64,000 nt of DNA, taken from Eledone cirrhosa (lineage: Eukaryota). Position 1 is the stretch's first letter. Each line of letters begins with the position of its first letter. The position numbers and the translations under genes were made by a program. The stretch spans positions 276,892,001 to 276,956,000 of the forward strand of contig OZ024742.1 of NCBI GenBank assembly GCA_964016885.1. The letters run 5' to 3'. Shown in pieces: positions 37,924-50,430 of the stretch. The notes beneath the pieces were generated by a model, which was not told the DNA's origin, did no database searches, and worked only from the letters and a program-made list of their open reading frames with translations.

Positions 37924-40900
37924 TGTTGTATTGCTCTCGGTACTCGCAGAGAAAACACAACGAGTTATATCAAATAATTTGTGTATTGTACGAAACAACC
38001 AAAACGCCCCTCCTCACAGTAGCAGAATAACATAAAGTAAGTGAGAGCAGCAGTCTGTGACCGAGTTTTTAATACCAACGCTGACTGACTTCCCAGGTCA
38101 CGTGATTCATATGCAAATCTGTGAGCACGTGTAAATTGAATAAAACGATTTAACAGTCCATACAACAATGAGGTTGTGAGTTCGATTCCCAGTCCATACA
38201 ACACCTCCCCACCGAAATTGATGCGACAAAAGAAGCATCAACAGCAAAGTCTCTCTGGGGGTTTACGAGTTCTCTTGGACCGTTTTCGATTGTCTGGTCC
38301 ATACTCTGGAACGGGCAACAAGGTCTTGGGTCTGGTCTGTCTTGGAGTTAGTGGCACGATTTCCGTGATCTCCATCGGGTGATCTGTTGCAAATTCAAAA
38401 ACAGTGTCTACTGCATCACCAGGTTCATTGTCTTCCTCAGTAGTGTACCGCGGTTGCAGCTGTTCCAAGTGTCGTCTCCACACCGGGCCATGAGGTATGA
38501 CCTTAACGTTGAAGCAGCGAGTACCCAATGACTTCTTAATGATTGCTGGTACCCATCGGGGATCTTTGTCTCGGCGAGGTCCGTAGTACAGTGCATACAC
38601 AGGATCTCCAGCCTTGTACTGCCTGGTAACCTTAGCGACACCTGCCGAGTCCGGAGTCATCTGAGACTTATATGCTTCCTTAGACTGCTTGCCCTGAGCG
38701 TTGTGTGCTGGCGAGGGCAGCAGAGAATCAATCCTTGTCCGTATCTGCCGGTGATTCAAAAGTTCACTCGGAGAGAATCCACTGGATGTCGGTGTTCTCC
38801 GGTACTGCATCAAGAACTCTTGAAGTGCTCTCTTCGGCGGAAGAGAAGTCTTCCCCAGAGCTTGTTTGAAGGTCTGCACCAAACGTTCCGCTGCTCCGTT
38901 GGTAGCTGGGTGGTAAGGTGCCCCTGTCAGGTGCGTGATTCCACGTTCTTTGCACCAGCTCTGGAACTCCTCAGAAATAAAAGTTGGTGCGTTATCGGTG
39001 ACTAGCGTGTGAGGAAATCCGAAGTGCGCAAAGTCTTCTTCAAGCAGATCTAAAGTGGCTCTGGAGGACGTGGATGACGTAGGATGAATGCATGGATACT
39101 TGGAATAAGCATCCGTGATCACCAACCAATTACTGCCCATGAAATTTATTGCGTGATCCAGGTGTAAGCGGCTCCACGGCTTTTCAGGTAACATCCATGG
39201 GTGAACTGGAGACTTGGATGGCTGGTTTTGATGTTCACCACACGAATCACATTGTCAACTGGTTTTCTCTATAGCAGCATCGATACCAGGCCAATAAACA
39301 GCAGTTCTTGCCAATTGTTTCATGCGCTCCATGCCAAAGTGTCCGAGATGCAGAAGATTGAGGATCTTTGGCTGTAAGCTATGTGGAATCACAACTCTCG
39401 ATCCATGGATAAGGCATCCGTGGCAGATACTGAGTGAATCCGATAACTTCCGGAACTTATTGACTTCGTCATTGATCTCAGTATTCTTTGGTGGCCAGCC
39501 TTCACGGACGTAGCGTATCACTGTAGATACTGGATCTTTCCCTGACTCTTGACGGAGGACGTTAGCATCGATAGGTTGGACTTGAAGACTGAGAGCTTTG
39601 ATGGCGCACACCATGTCCATGTCTTCATCATTTTCCTTCCTGTCAAAGTCGATGTCATTACCAAATGGCAAGCGACTGAGGTCATCTGCATTGCCATGAT
39701 CCGCTGTTTTCCGATATTCGATGGTGTAGTCAAACTGGTTCAGCCACAGGGCCCACCGTGCTAGTCGGTTAGCAGCGAGAAGTGGCGTCCCTTTCCTCGG
39801 ACTGAACAGTGATGTCAGTGGCTTGTGGTCAGTTACGAGTATAAACTGATGTCCGTACAGATACTGATAGAACTTCTGCAAGCCAAATATGATGGCCAGG
39901 GCTTCCTTTTGAATTTGGCCGTAGTTACGCTGTGCAGAAGTAAGAGTCTTGGACACATTGGATATTGGGCGCTCGCTTCCATCAGGATAGCGATGAAACA
40001 GGACTGCTCCAATACCAACGTTTAACGCGTCGCAAGCCAGTCCCAAAGTTTTGTTTGGATCGAAGTGTATCAGAACTCGATCCGATGAAAGCACATTTTT
40101 TGACTGATCGAAAGCTGACTGTTCTTCATCTCCCCACTTCCAAGTAGTCGTTTTTTTCGTAAGGCAATAGAGTTGTTCTGCCATGCTGGTCAGGTTTGGG
40201 ATAAACTTTCCATAGAACTGAACTGAACCCAGGAAAGACTTCAAGCTTGAGACGTTCGTTGGAGGTGGCATCTTTAAAACTGCTTCGACCTTGGATCCCT
40301 TCGCGATCCCTTCAGCCGACAAGGTGTGTCCAATGTATTCCACACTGGGTAGTGAAACTGGCACTTGTCACGGCGACATCTGAGTCCTTTGTCGCACAGA
40401 CGTGTGAGCAGACACTTTAGGTTGTTCAGGTGATCGTTTGCATCTTTCCCACTGACGAGCATGTCGTCCTGGAAGACGGCCACACCAGGTAGATCTTGAG
40501 TCAGGTTTTCCATGATCTCCTGAAAGTAACCAGGTGCTGACTTGATTCCGAAAGGGAGTCGTTCCTGCAGGAGCACCCCACGGTGAGTGCTGAGTGCAAG
40601 CCTGCGTTGACTTTCTGGAGCCAGCTTGATCTGATTATAGGCATCAGCAAGATCAATCTTTGTGTATCCGAATCCACCTCCGAGCTTCTGCAACAGTTCC
40701 TCTGGGAGTGGCATTGGATGACGATGATCTGCAAGTTGGTCATTAATTCCCACAGAGTAGTCACCACAAATCCGTAGTTTGGGCTTCAGGTTGCCTGAAG
40801 TATGTGCTTTACAAATTGGTACCACTGGCGTTCCGTATTCGTTGAACTGTACTGGCTTCCAGATTCCTTTGGCGATGCCTTCTTCGTAACCTTTGGCCAG

Positions 40901-42845
40901 GTCATCACGAAGAGCAAACGGGACCAGGCGTGCCTTGTGAAAGACCGGTGTCGCGTCCGACTTGAACTTCACTTCCAGTTCGAAGTCATTAAGACATCCC
41001 AATTCTTGCTTGAAGAGATCTGGGAATTCATCACACATGTTGTGACAATCTCGTTGCATGGAAATATAGGGCTCATTTGAGGTCTTTGGATGCATCACTT
41101 CTGCACCCTCATTCTTGGCCTGGCTGTCTATGCTTTTCAATCCTAGAGCATTGTCCACGGAAATTCCCAGAGTCTGGATAGCGTTTCGTCCCAGCAAATT
41201 AAGATCAGGGATCTTGGTGACGATGTAGGGTATTGAATTCTGTTTACCGGTCGTTGGATCCTTGGTTTGGCCCATGAAAGTTCCCAGAACGGGCAGGTCG
41301 TGCTTGCTAGCAGATTCAAACCGATGTTTGACATCTTGCAGCTTCAGTTTTCCTAATTGTTTCCAAACTGACAAGGAAACAAAATTGCCTGTAGTAGCTG
41401 TGTCCAATTCCATTGTGAAAAGTCTGTTCTGGATTGTTATTGGCACATTCAAACTATGAGTATCGTGGGGAACTTCACCAAGGATCGCCTTGACTAGCTC
41501 AGCTTTCGTGATTCTTTTCACGTAATTCTGTGAGCGATGATTACGTTGCTGATGTTGTTTCTTTCTACACACCGCTTGCAAATGTCCCTTTTTGTCACAA
41601 AAATAACATTTGGCTTCTTTGAAGGGGCAGTCTGTCGCTTTGTGGGCCTCTCCACATCGGTAGCACATCTCCTGGTCTGTGGAATAGGACTGCTGATGGT
41701 TCTTTCGAGGACCCTTGTTCTTGTTCTGCTGGACCTTGTAGACTTGCTTGGTTTTGGAACCGTAAACAGTTTCCTTGGCAACCTTTGCTGCGTCTTCGGT
41801 CCCGATGGCAACTTGGACAGCACGGGCGAAATCTAGTTCTGTATCCTTGATCTTGAAAATAGCCTTCAACACAGCTTCATTATTGACAGAACATATAAAT
41901 CTCTGTCTTAGAGCTTCATCTTGTGGATTTGTGATCGAAAGAAAATCACAGGTAGCTGCATCCTGACGTATATGTGCTGCCAGCTCCTGGAGAGTTTTGT
42001 CTGGCTTCCGTTGCATGTCACTGCAGAACTTGAAACGTTCTCTCACAATGAAAAGTTTTGGGTCGAACTGTTCTTTCATGAAGTCAACAATTTCGTCCAT
42101 TGTCAACTTGTTGATATCCTTAGGCGTATTTTGTTGAGCAGCCAGATTTGCAAGTTGTTTGTAGATAGCAGCCGTCTGATTAGTCAGGAACATTTGTGCC
42201 ATGCGTTGCTCGGGTACAGCGTTAGCAGCCACAAATGTGCAGAATCTTGACCAGTAATCAGGCCATAGTTCTGTTGTTGAATCAAAAGCAGCAAATGGTG
42301 GGATGAATGCTGTTGGTGTCGAAGCAACTGGCGACGCCAATAAACTCTGTTGTTCAGAATCTCAAGCACCAAACAGTTTTATCAGAGTGTCCATATCTTT
42401 CTTGTGTTGTTGCATTTGTTGTTCCATCTGTTCTCTAAACAACTTTATTAGCTCCGCTGTTTGTTGTTCCGCCATGTTTTTATGATAAACAATTTCCCGG
42501 CAATGTAGGTAAATCCTATCGGCAATGTAGGTAAATCCTATCGGCGACGCCAATAAACTCTGTTGTATTCCTCTCGGTACTCGCAGAGAAAACACAACGA
42601 GTTATATCAAATAATTTGTGTATTGTAAGAAACAACCAAAACGCCCCTCCTCACAGTAGCAGAATAACATAAAGTAAGTAAGTGACAGCAGCAGTCTGTG
42701 ACCGAGTTTTTAATACCAATGCTGACTGACTGCCCAGGTCACGTGATTCATATGCAAATGTGTGAGCACGTGTAAATTGAATAAAACGAATTTAACAGTT
42801 CATACAAGAATGAGGTTCTGAGTTCGATTCCCAGTCCATACAACA
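37924..42845 (-). mobile_element. Gypsy/Ty3 LTR retrotransposon, full length but defective
   Basis: LTRs at 37924-38203 and 42561-42845 (TG..CA; about 9 substitutions and 2 indels between them); ATATA TSD; PPT ggtggggagg at 38204-38213; gag-PR-RT-RH-IN order. Confidence 0.95.
38238..42475 (-). pseudogene. Gypsy gag-pol (two CCHC knuckles, protease LDTA, RT FQDD, RNase H, HHCC/DDE integrase)
   Basis: ATG at 42475, premature TGA at 42362-42364, frameshifts near 40360 and 39255; ORF pieces 40274-42340, 39255-40364 and 38238-39194. Confidence 0.9.
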
Positions 42846-43011
42846 ATATATATATATATATATATGAATAAAGTTAGTCCTTCATCAGTGATCTTCCAAC
42901 CTTCATTGGTATTTCATCGCTTTAAAGACCATATACCTCCGGTTGGTGCGAGCAACGGCTAAAGTCGTTGGGAAACGTAAATAAGGGGAACGAGCGAGAC
43001 TGTAAACAATC

Positions 43012-45258
43012 AAATGTGAGCAAGGAAGGAATTCCGCACAAGTCAAACGGGAGGAAGAAGGAGTCAAGTCCCTGAATTCTATGAATATAAGTTCTGTGAA
43101 ATCGTGGACGAGAGAGAATAAAGACCATCAAACCTAGTCGAAATGTGAGCAAGGAAGGAATTCCGCACAGGTCTAACGGGAGGAAGAAGGAGTCTAGTCC
43201 CTGAATTCTATGAATATAAGTTCAGTGAAATCGTGGCCGAGAGAGAATAAAGACCATCAAACCTAGTCGAAATGTGAGTAAGGAAGGAATTCCGCACAGG
43301 TCAAACGGGAGGAAGAAGGAGTCTAGTCCCTGAATTCTATGAATATAAGTTCTGTGAAATCGTGGACGAGAGAGAATAAAGACCATCAAACCTAGTCGAA
43401 ATGTGAGTAAGGAAGGAATTCCGCACAGGTCAAACGGGAGGAAGAAGGAGTCTAGTCCCTGAATTCTATGAATATAAGTTCTGTGAAATCGTGGACGAGA
43501 GAGAATAAAGACCATCAAACCTAGTCGAAATGTGAGCAAGGAAGGAATTCCGCACAGGTCAAACGGGAGGAAGAAGGAGTCTAGTCCCTGAATTCTATGA
43601 ATATAAGTTCTGTGAAATCGTGGACGAGAGAGAATAAAGACCATCAAACCTAGTCGAAATGTGAGCAAGGAAGGAATTCCGCACAGGTCAAACGGGAGGA
43701 AGAAGGAGTCTAGTCCCTGAATTCTATGAATATAAGTTCTGTGAAATCGTGGACGAGAGAGAATAAAGACCATCAAACCTAGTCGAAATGTGAGTAAGGA
43801 AGGAATTCCGCACAGGTCAAACGGGAGGAAGAAGGAGTCTAGTCCCTGAATTCTATGAATATAAGTTCTGTGAAATCGTGGACGAGAGAGAATAAAGACC
43901 ATCAAACCTAGTCGAAATGTGAGCAAGGAAGGAATTCCGCACAGGTCAAACGGGAGGAAGAAGGAGTCTAGTCCCTGAATTCTATGAATATAAGTTCTGT
44001 GAAATCGTGGACGAGAGAGAATAAAGACCATCAAACCTAGTCGAAATGTGAGCAAGGAAGGAATTCCGCACAGGTCAAACGGGAGGAAGAAGGAGTCTAG
44101 TCCCTGAATTCTATGAATATAAGTTCTGTGAAATCGTGGACGAGAGAGAATAAAGACCATCAAACCTAGTCGAAATGTGAGCAAGGAAGGAATTCCGCAC
44201 AGGTCAAACGGGAGGAAGAAGGAGTCTAGTCCCTGAATTCTATGAATATAAGTTCTGTGAAATCGTGGACGAGAGAGAATAAAGACCATCAAACCTAGTC
44301 GAAATGTGAGTAAGGAAGGAATTCCGCACAGGTCAAACGGGAGGAAGAAGGAGTCTAGTCCCTGAATTCTATGAATATAAGTTCTGTGAAATCGTGGACG
44401 AGAGAGAATAAAGACCATCAAACCTAGTCGAAATGTGAGCAAGGAAGGAATTCCGCACAGGTCAAACGGGAGGAAGAAGGAGTCTAGTCCCTGAATTCTA
44501 TGAATATAAGTTCTGTGAAATCGTGGACGAGAGAGAATAAAGACCATCAAACCTAGTCGAAATGTGAGCAAGGAAGGAATTCCGCACAGGTCAAACGGGA
44601 GGAAGAAGGAGTCTAGTCCCTGAATTCTATGAATATAAGTTCTGTGAAATCGTGGACGAGAGAGAATAAAGACCATCAAACCTAGTCGAAATGTGAGCAA
44701 GGAAGGAATTCCGCACAGGTCAAACGGGAGGAAGAAGGAGTCTAGTCCCTGAATTCTATGAATATAAGTTCTGTGAAATCGTGGACGAGAGAGAATAAAG
44801 ACCATCAAACCTAGTCGAAATGTGAGCAAGGAAGGAATTCCGCACAGGTCAAACGGGAGGAAGAAGGAGTCTAGTCCCTGAATTCTATGAATATAAGTTC
44901 TGTGAAATCGTGGACGAGAGAGAATAAAGACCATCAAACCTAGTCGAAATGTGAGCAAGGAAGGAATTCCGCACAGGTCAAACGGGAGGAAGAAGGAGTC
45001 TAGTCCCTGAATTCTATGAATATAAGTTCTGTGAAATCGTGGACGAGAGAGAATAAAGACCATCAAACCTAGTCGAAATGTGAGCAAGGAAGGAATTCCG
45101 CACAGGTCAAACGGGAGGAAGAAGGAGTCTAGTCCCTGAATTCGGTGAACATAAGTTCTATGAAATCGTAGACAAGAGAGAAAAAAAAGGAACAACCAAC
45201 CTGGTCAAGTGTGCGCGAGAAAAGAATTACGCACAGGTCAAACGGGAGGAAGTAGGAG
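43012..45258. repeat. 129-bp tandem array, ~17.4 copies, near-identical
   Basis: Period 129 (starts at 43012, 43141 ... 45076); two GAATTC sites per unit; terminal copies diverged. Confidence 0.97.
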
Positions 45259-45549
45259 AGGGAGTAGCAGAGAGTGAGTGAGTAAAAGGTGAGGAAGAGG
45301 CTAACAGAGAGAGTGACTGTTAGAGAGAGTTTCAGAGGTGCTAAGTCTGGAAAGATTACTAATCAAAGTAGTACTCGATACATAATAGGGTGCTAAGTTG
45401 TGTCAAGTCAGGAGCTCGCGGTTGAATATTTTCTTCCTAAATATGTATATATATATATATATGTTTCGCTTTTGGCAGCATGACCCTCCCAAAGTATAAC
45501 TATACATATATGGTTCAAGGAGACAACAAACAGAGGTACAAAAAGTCTT

Positions 45550-46065
45550 ATTAGTCCTAGATTCTGCTACCAGGAAGCTGGGCATGTAATTACTGGTGAT
45601 TTAAATATAGTTGAGAACAAGGATCTGAGATGGATTATGACGAAGGGAACTAAATTTAGGGAATCTGTAAGAACAAACAGGTCTACGATATGTAAGTTGC
45701 TTTTAGAATCAATGTCGTTGTTACGTTAGGATTGAAATTTTGTTTTGCTTGTGAGGTGTTCCAGAAATTGAAGGAAAGCATCATTAGCTCAGTAAAGAGT
45801 AGGTTCAGAAGGTTGGGTACGTTGACGCAGGGCCCGTCTATACTCAATGGGCCCCATGTGAAGCAATTCTTGAATGGGTTTCGCAAGAGGTATATCATAG
45901 CACCTGCGGATAAAGCAGCAAGTAATTTCATTATAATATGTAAAAAGTACTACCTACTGGTTTTAGCTAGCGAGTTAGGATGTAATGTTAATTATAACTT
46001 TGGTGGTAATGGAACCTACACACATTGTGTGACGGATGGAAGTCACTCCAAATTTATATAGAGAT
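45550..46065 (+). mobile_element. Penelope-like element RT N-terminal fragment (possibly Naiad/Chlamys-type)
   Basis: Translations RFCYQEAGHVITGDLNIVENKDLRWIMTKGTKFRE and YIIAPADKAASNFIIICKKYYLLVLASELG resemble Penelope-like RT N-terminal motifs; disrupted. Confidence 0.65.
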
Positions 46066-46414
46066 TTGCCTTAAGGTAGTAGAAGCTTAACCAAAAATTT
46101 TTTCTCAAAAAGGAGTTTGGTTTCGGTTTGCTATGGAAAGTGTATGGTCTGAATTTATTTTAATTTATTCTTAATTTTATTTATTTGCTTGTGATATAAA
46201 TAAATTTTGGTATATTTGACCCATTTTATGTCCTTTTTCCATTCATATAAGTACAAGATAACTTATTGATGGCCACAGACAAGATCTGTGAATAGAGAAA
46301 GGTATCAGCTAGAGGGAAGGTGATGTGGTGGTGGAACAGTACTGTAGATAGGGCCATCAAAGCTAAGAGGTAGACTTGAAAAATCTAGAAGGTAGGTGGG
46401 GAGTACTAAGTAGA

Positions 46415-47375
46415 TATCTTTCTTTATTTGCCACAGGGGCGTACAAAAACGGGACGTGACGACGGGGGTTTTACATAAAAATCATATAACTTTAAACATT
46501 AATAAATAATAAACTATATATAATAAAATAACAATTGAAATCCCCAATAGAGGGGAACGTTATTGCAGGGTTGTTTTACACTCCGTGGATAAAACAACCC
46601 TCAACACCAGGAACACGTTTTGTAGGTGTTCCCGTCTTCCCTCTGTTTATCTTCATCAACCTACAGGTTTATATACAGGGAAGGCCCATTCACTCGGGTC
46701 ATTTTCGCCACATTCATCCACCTTTCAGCGAATTTACTGGGGTGTAGCACCTCTCTCTCCACTCTCACCTTCCTTCTGAAGTGGTACTTAAAGAAGGGGA
46801 TAAGTTGTGGGCTGGAGAGAAAGGTGTTTGTCTTCAGTCTTTTTAACCTCGTCCACCATATTACCTCTTTTGCCATAGCCTCCAGACAGGAAAACCGCCT
46901 CTCCTTCATTCTTAAATGAAGGCGGCGGGTTGATCCTCACGATGGACTCGACTGACAACTGGATGCGTTCCACACGTGACAGCAGCTGTTCGACATAATT
47001 CCACAGGTCGGTCACCTCTGGACACTGAACAATTGCGTGCAGAACGGTTTCGATGTCCTGCTCGCATCTTGGACAGGTCCTTTTGGCAGGATCTCTGCCA
47101 GAGTGTCTGTGCCTGTAGATTTTGTCTCGAACTGGTAGAGCTCCTCAGTAGCCCTGCCAGGCCAGAGATCTCTGGAAGTTATCCATAGACCCTGGACGGA
47201 AAGTCCTCCCGAACAGGCTGGTCGGTTCGTCCTCCTTGATGTCTAGAGTTTCCCCGAGAATGTCGTCGCACTTATCCTCCACTAATCCCCCATAGAATGT
47301 CGAATTGTAGTCTCCGCTGATTGCCGTTTCCGCTTGGTAGAGGGCTGTGAGCGCCTGAAGGCACTCGAGGTGCCA
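46415..47375 (-). mobile_element. L1/Tx1-like LINE 3' fragment, inserted in an RTE relic
   Basis: C-terminal region DLWNYVEQLLSRVERIQLSVESIVRINPPP..EVIWWTR; 3'UTR with AATAAA near 46423-46428. Confidence 0.65.
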
Positions 47376-47379
47376 GATA

Positions 47380-48765
47380 GATAGATAGATCTGTGGTGGC
47401 TAAAATGAAATGTAGTAAGCAAGCTACACTGGATGTGTGATGTTAGTGTACATGAATGACAGGGCACAATTGAGCTAAGAGAAAAGCTTAGCATAAGAGG
47501 AATTGAATGTAGTGTGCAAGAGAGAATATTGTGCTGCTATGACTATGAGTTGTGTAAGGAGAGCAAGAGTTGTACAATAAAAGTGCTGAATGCTTAAAGT
47601 GAATGGAAACTGTAGAAAAGAGAGACCAAGGAAGACACTTGATGAAGTTGTGAAGAATAACCTCAAGGTGATGATACAGGCCAAATGCTTTTTCCAGGTT
47701 AAAAGCTAGATATAATGGCTTACACTAGACTAGGAACTTCTCTTGTAGTTATCTCATTGAGATGAGGGTATCTGTGGGGCTCCCTCCCAGCACAAAACCA
47801 AACTGCATCTTATTCAAAACACACGTCTCTCATATAACATTCTAATATACACTACTGACACACTGCTTTGCAATAGAAAACACCTCACACCTTTGTTGCT
47901 TATGTTGTAGAATGTTGGCAAATCCCCTGCTTTAAGCCTCTTAACGTTTTATGTAAATCTAGCTTCTCTTTTAGCTACTTGATATTGTTCTTTGTTGCCC
48001 CCATTTTTCCAGTTCTTCCATGCTTGTCTTTTTAATGTCTACAGTATCATTCTACCGTTAGGACACCCTCTGTTTGGCTGGTATCTTACTTCAGCTACAG
48101 ATCTCATCAGTAACCTGCAGTAGGTTGTCTTGTAGAAACTTTCAACTGTCCTCAATCTCATATGTGCTTATCTCCTCCTCTGCCTCATCATATGTGTCAC
48201 TTAGAGTTTTTCTTAACCTAAATTTAACAAAAGTTATTTTTTGCTTCCATACCTTCCTCTATTTCCATACCCTCCTGTATTTCTATACCCTTAGAATCAA
48301 AAGGGCTGAGAATGAACTTGAGAAAAACTAAAGTCTTAAAGTAGGAAAAGAGACAGGACCCTGATCACTTCAGGGAACTGGCCTTGCTCGATATATAGAA
48401 AAGGAGTGATATAATTAGCAGTAGAGGAGCTTGCTCAAAGAGTATAGCAGCCAGAATAAGAACAGGATGGAAAAAGTTCAGGGAGCTATGTTGACAACAA
48501 AAGATTATTCTTTATGAATAAAAGGCCAGCTGTATGATGCCAGTGTGCAATGCATGTTGTTGCATGGTAGTCAGATGTGGGCAGTGAATGTAGAGGATAT
48601 GCAAAGGCTGGAGAAGAATGAAGTGAGCCTGCTTTGAAGGACATGCAATGTTAATATGCATGAATGACAAAGCATGAATGAGCTGAGAGAAAAACTTGGT
48701 ACAAAGGAATCATGTGTATTGTGCAGGAGAGAAGACTATGCTGATATGAACATGTGATGGATGTT
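47380..48765. mobile_element. Mosaic of degenerate RTE fragments on both strands
   Basis: For example acaggatggaaaaagttcaggga (TGWKKFRE) and ttgcatggtagt (LHGS) on plus; pre-RT region on minus at 47900-48260. Confidence 0.6.
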
Positions 48766-49142
48766 TATTGACTTCAGGAGGATGAAAGATAAAGTTGACC
48801 TTGGTGGGATTTGAATTCAGACTGTTAAGAAAAAGTCAGAACAAATATAGCAATGGCATTTTGACTGACATTAATGACTTTGCCATTCCACTGCCCTTTT
48901 AAGGCATCAACCATAATATTACGCTGTGAGTGTTTGTATATTTATTTATATATACCTTTGTAACTCTTTAAAATTTACATGCACAAACATACAAGGCATT
49001 TCTTCTCTCAATCATGTTGTTACAATATGTTTGCTTTCCAATTACAAGGCCCTGGGTTCTAACCCTACATTTGTCCTTGTAAATAGTTATTTCCCAAAAG
49101 TTATTCATACATTTCACTCTGTGTCAATTGTACATGTATGCA

Positions 49143-50430
49143 ATCATCATCATCATCGTTTAACATCTATTTTCCATGCTGGCATGGATAGGACAGGCTG
49201 TCCCATTGTGAGAGATCCAGGTCAAAGGACGGTGTTTTGATCAGATAACTGATTTTGGCTTGGTTTTTATGGCTGGATGCCCTTCCTAATGCCAACCACA
49301 TTTACAGTGTGTGCTGGATGCTTTTTGTCATGACCTCTTTACAGTGTGGGCTAGGCACTTTTTGTCGTGTCGCCAACACGACCACTTTACAGTGTGGGCT
49401 GGGTGCTTTAGTCGTGACACCTACATGACCACTTTACAGTGTGGGCTGGGTGCTTTAGTCGTGACACCTACACAACCACTTTACAGTGTGGGCTGGGTGC
49501 TTTATTCGTGACACCTACATAACCACTTTACAGTGTGGGCTGGGTGCTTTAGTCGTGACACCTACATGACCACTTTACAGTGTGGGCTGGGTGCTTTAGT
49601 CGTGACACCTACATGATCACTTTACAGTGTGGGCTGGGTGCTTTAGTCGCGACACCCACATGACCACTTTACAGTGTGGACTGGGCGCTTTTCGTCGTGA
49701 CACCTACATAACCACTTTACAGTGTGGACTGTGCGCTCACTTTTGTCGTGACACCAAGTCATTCTCTGTCTCCTAGAGACTTACTCCAACCACAGATTTC
49801 ATCTATTGCTTTCAGTAGGTTATCTTTCAGGAACTCCCACTGCTCCTCTGTATCATATGTCTCTATTTGTTCTTCCTTACTGTCAAAGGCATCAGTCAAC
49901 ATACTTCTAAATTTGTTGTTGGTTGATGGGTCTTTTAACTTTCATACTCTTCTCCAACAGCTAGGTTCTTCTAGCCCAGACTATAAGGTTGCTAACTACT
50001 AAGTTATATTGGGAGGTGCATTCTTCAGTAGAGGGGACTTTGTGTTCATAACAGTCACTCTGTCTTGTCTTCTGGTAAGAATGAAATCTATCTGGCTGGC
50101 ATGCTCACCTGATGTATAGGTGGTTAAGTGGTTATCTCGTTTTTTGAAGTTCATGTTACAGATAAATAGGTCAATTGCATCACAGAATTCTGCAGTCTGA
50201 AACCTTCTTTGGTTCTAGCACCGAACCTGTAACCCCTGTGGATCCCATTAAAACCCTCGCAATGTTGCCCAACATGCTCGTTAAAGTCACCTGCAATGAA
50301 TATGAAGTTGCTGTCATTTATTTGGGAAGTAGTGTGCATTAGGGACTTGTAAAACCTGTCTTTTAGTATGTCTGGCAGTCCAGATTGAGGTTCATATGCA
50401 GATTGTCATGGTTGTTCATTTGCTAGAAAT
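49143..50430 (-). mobile_element. RTE LINE with large internal deletion: APE endonuclease piece joined to a 3'UTR with an expanded 47-bp array
   Basis: FIAGDFNEHVG and QIDFIL (APE motifs) at 50040-50400; 3'UTR and tail at 49143-49755. Confidence 0.75.
49296..49755. repeat. 47-bp minisatellite (~10 copies) inside the RTE 3'UTR
   Basis: accactttacagtgtgggctgggtgctttagtcgtgacacctacatg at 49381, 49428, 49475, 49522 and onward. Confidence 0.93.

Noticed and set aside
42880-42889. Minus-strand CTGATGAAGG (also near 52026-52035)
   Set aside because: No stem II closing onto GAAA and no stem I/III.
43222-45195. 657-aa ORF as a real gene
   Set aside because: It is a 43-aa repeat produced by a 129-bp period, has a non-ATG start, is stopped in copy 2, and has no recognisable domain or splice context.
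43012-45258. CRISPR-like array
   Set aside because: Units are contiguous and identical with no unique spacers, the context is eukaryotic, and there are no cas genes.
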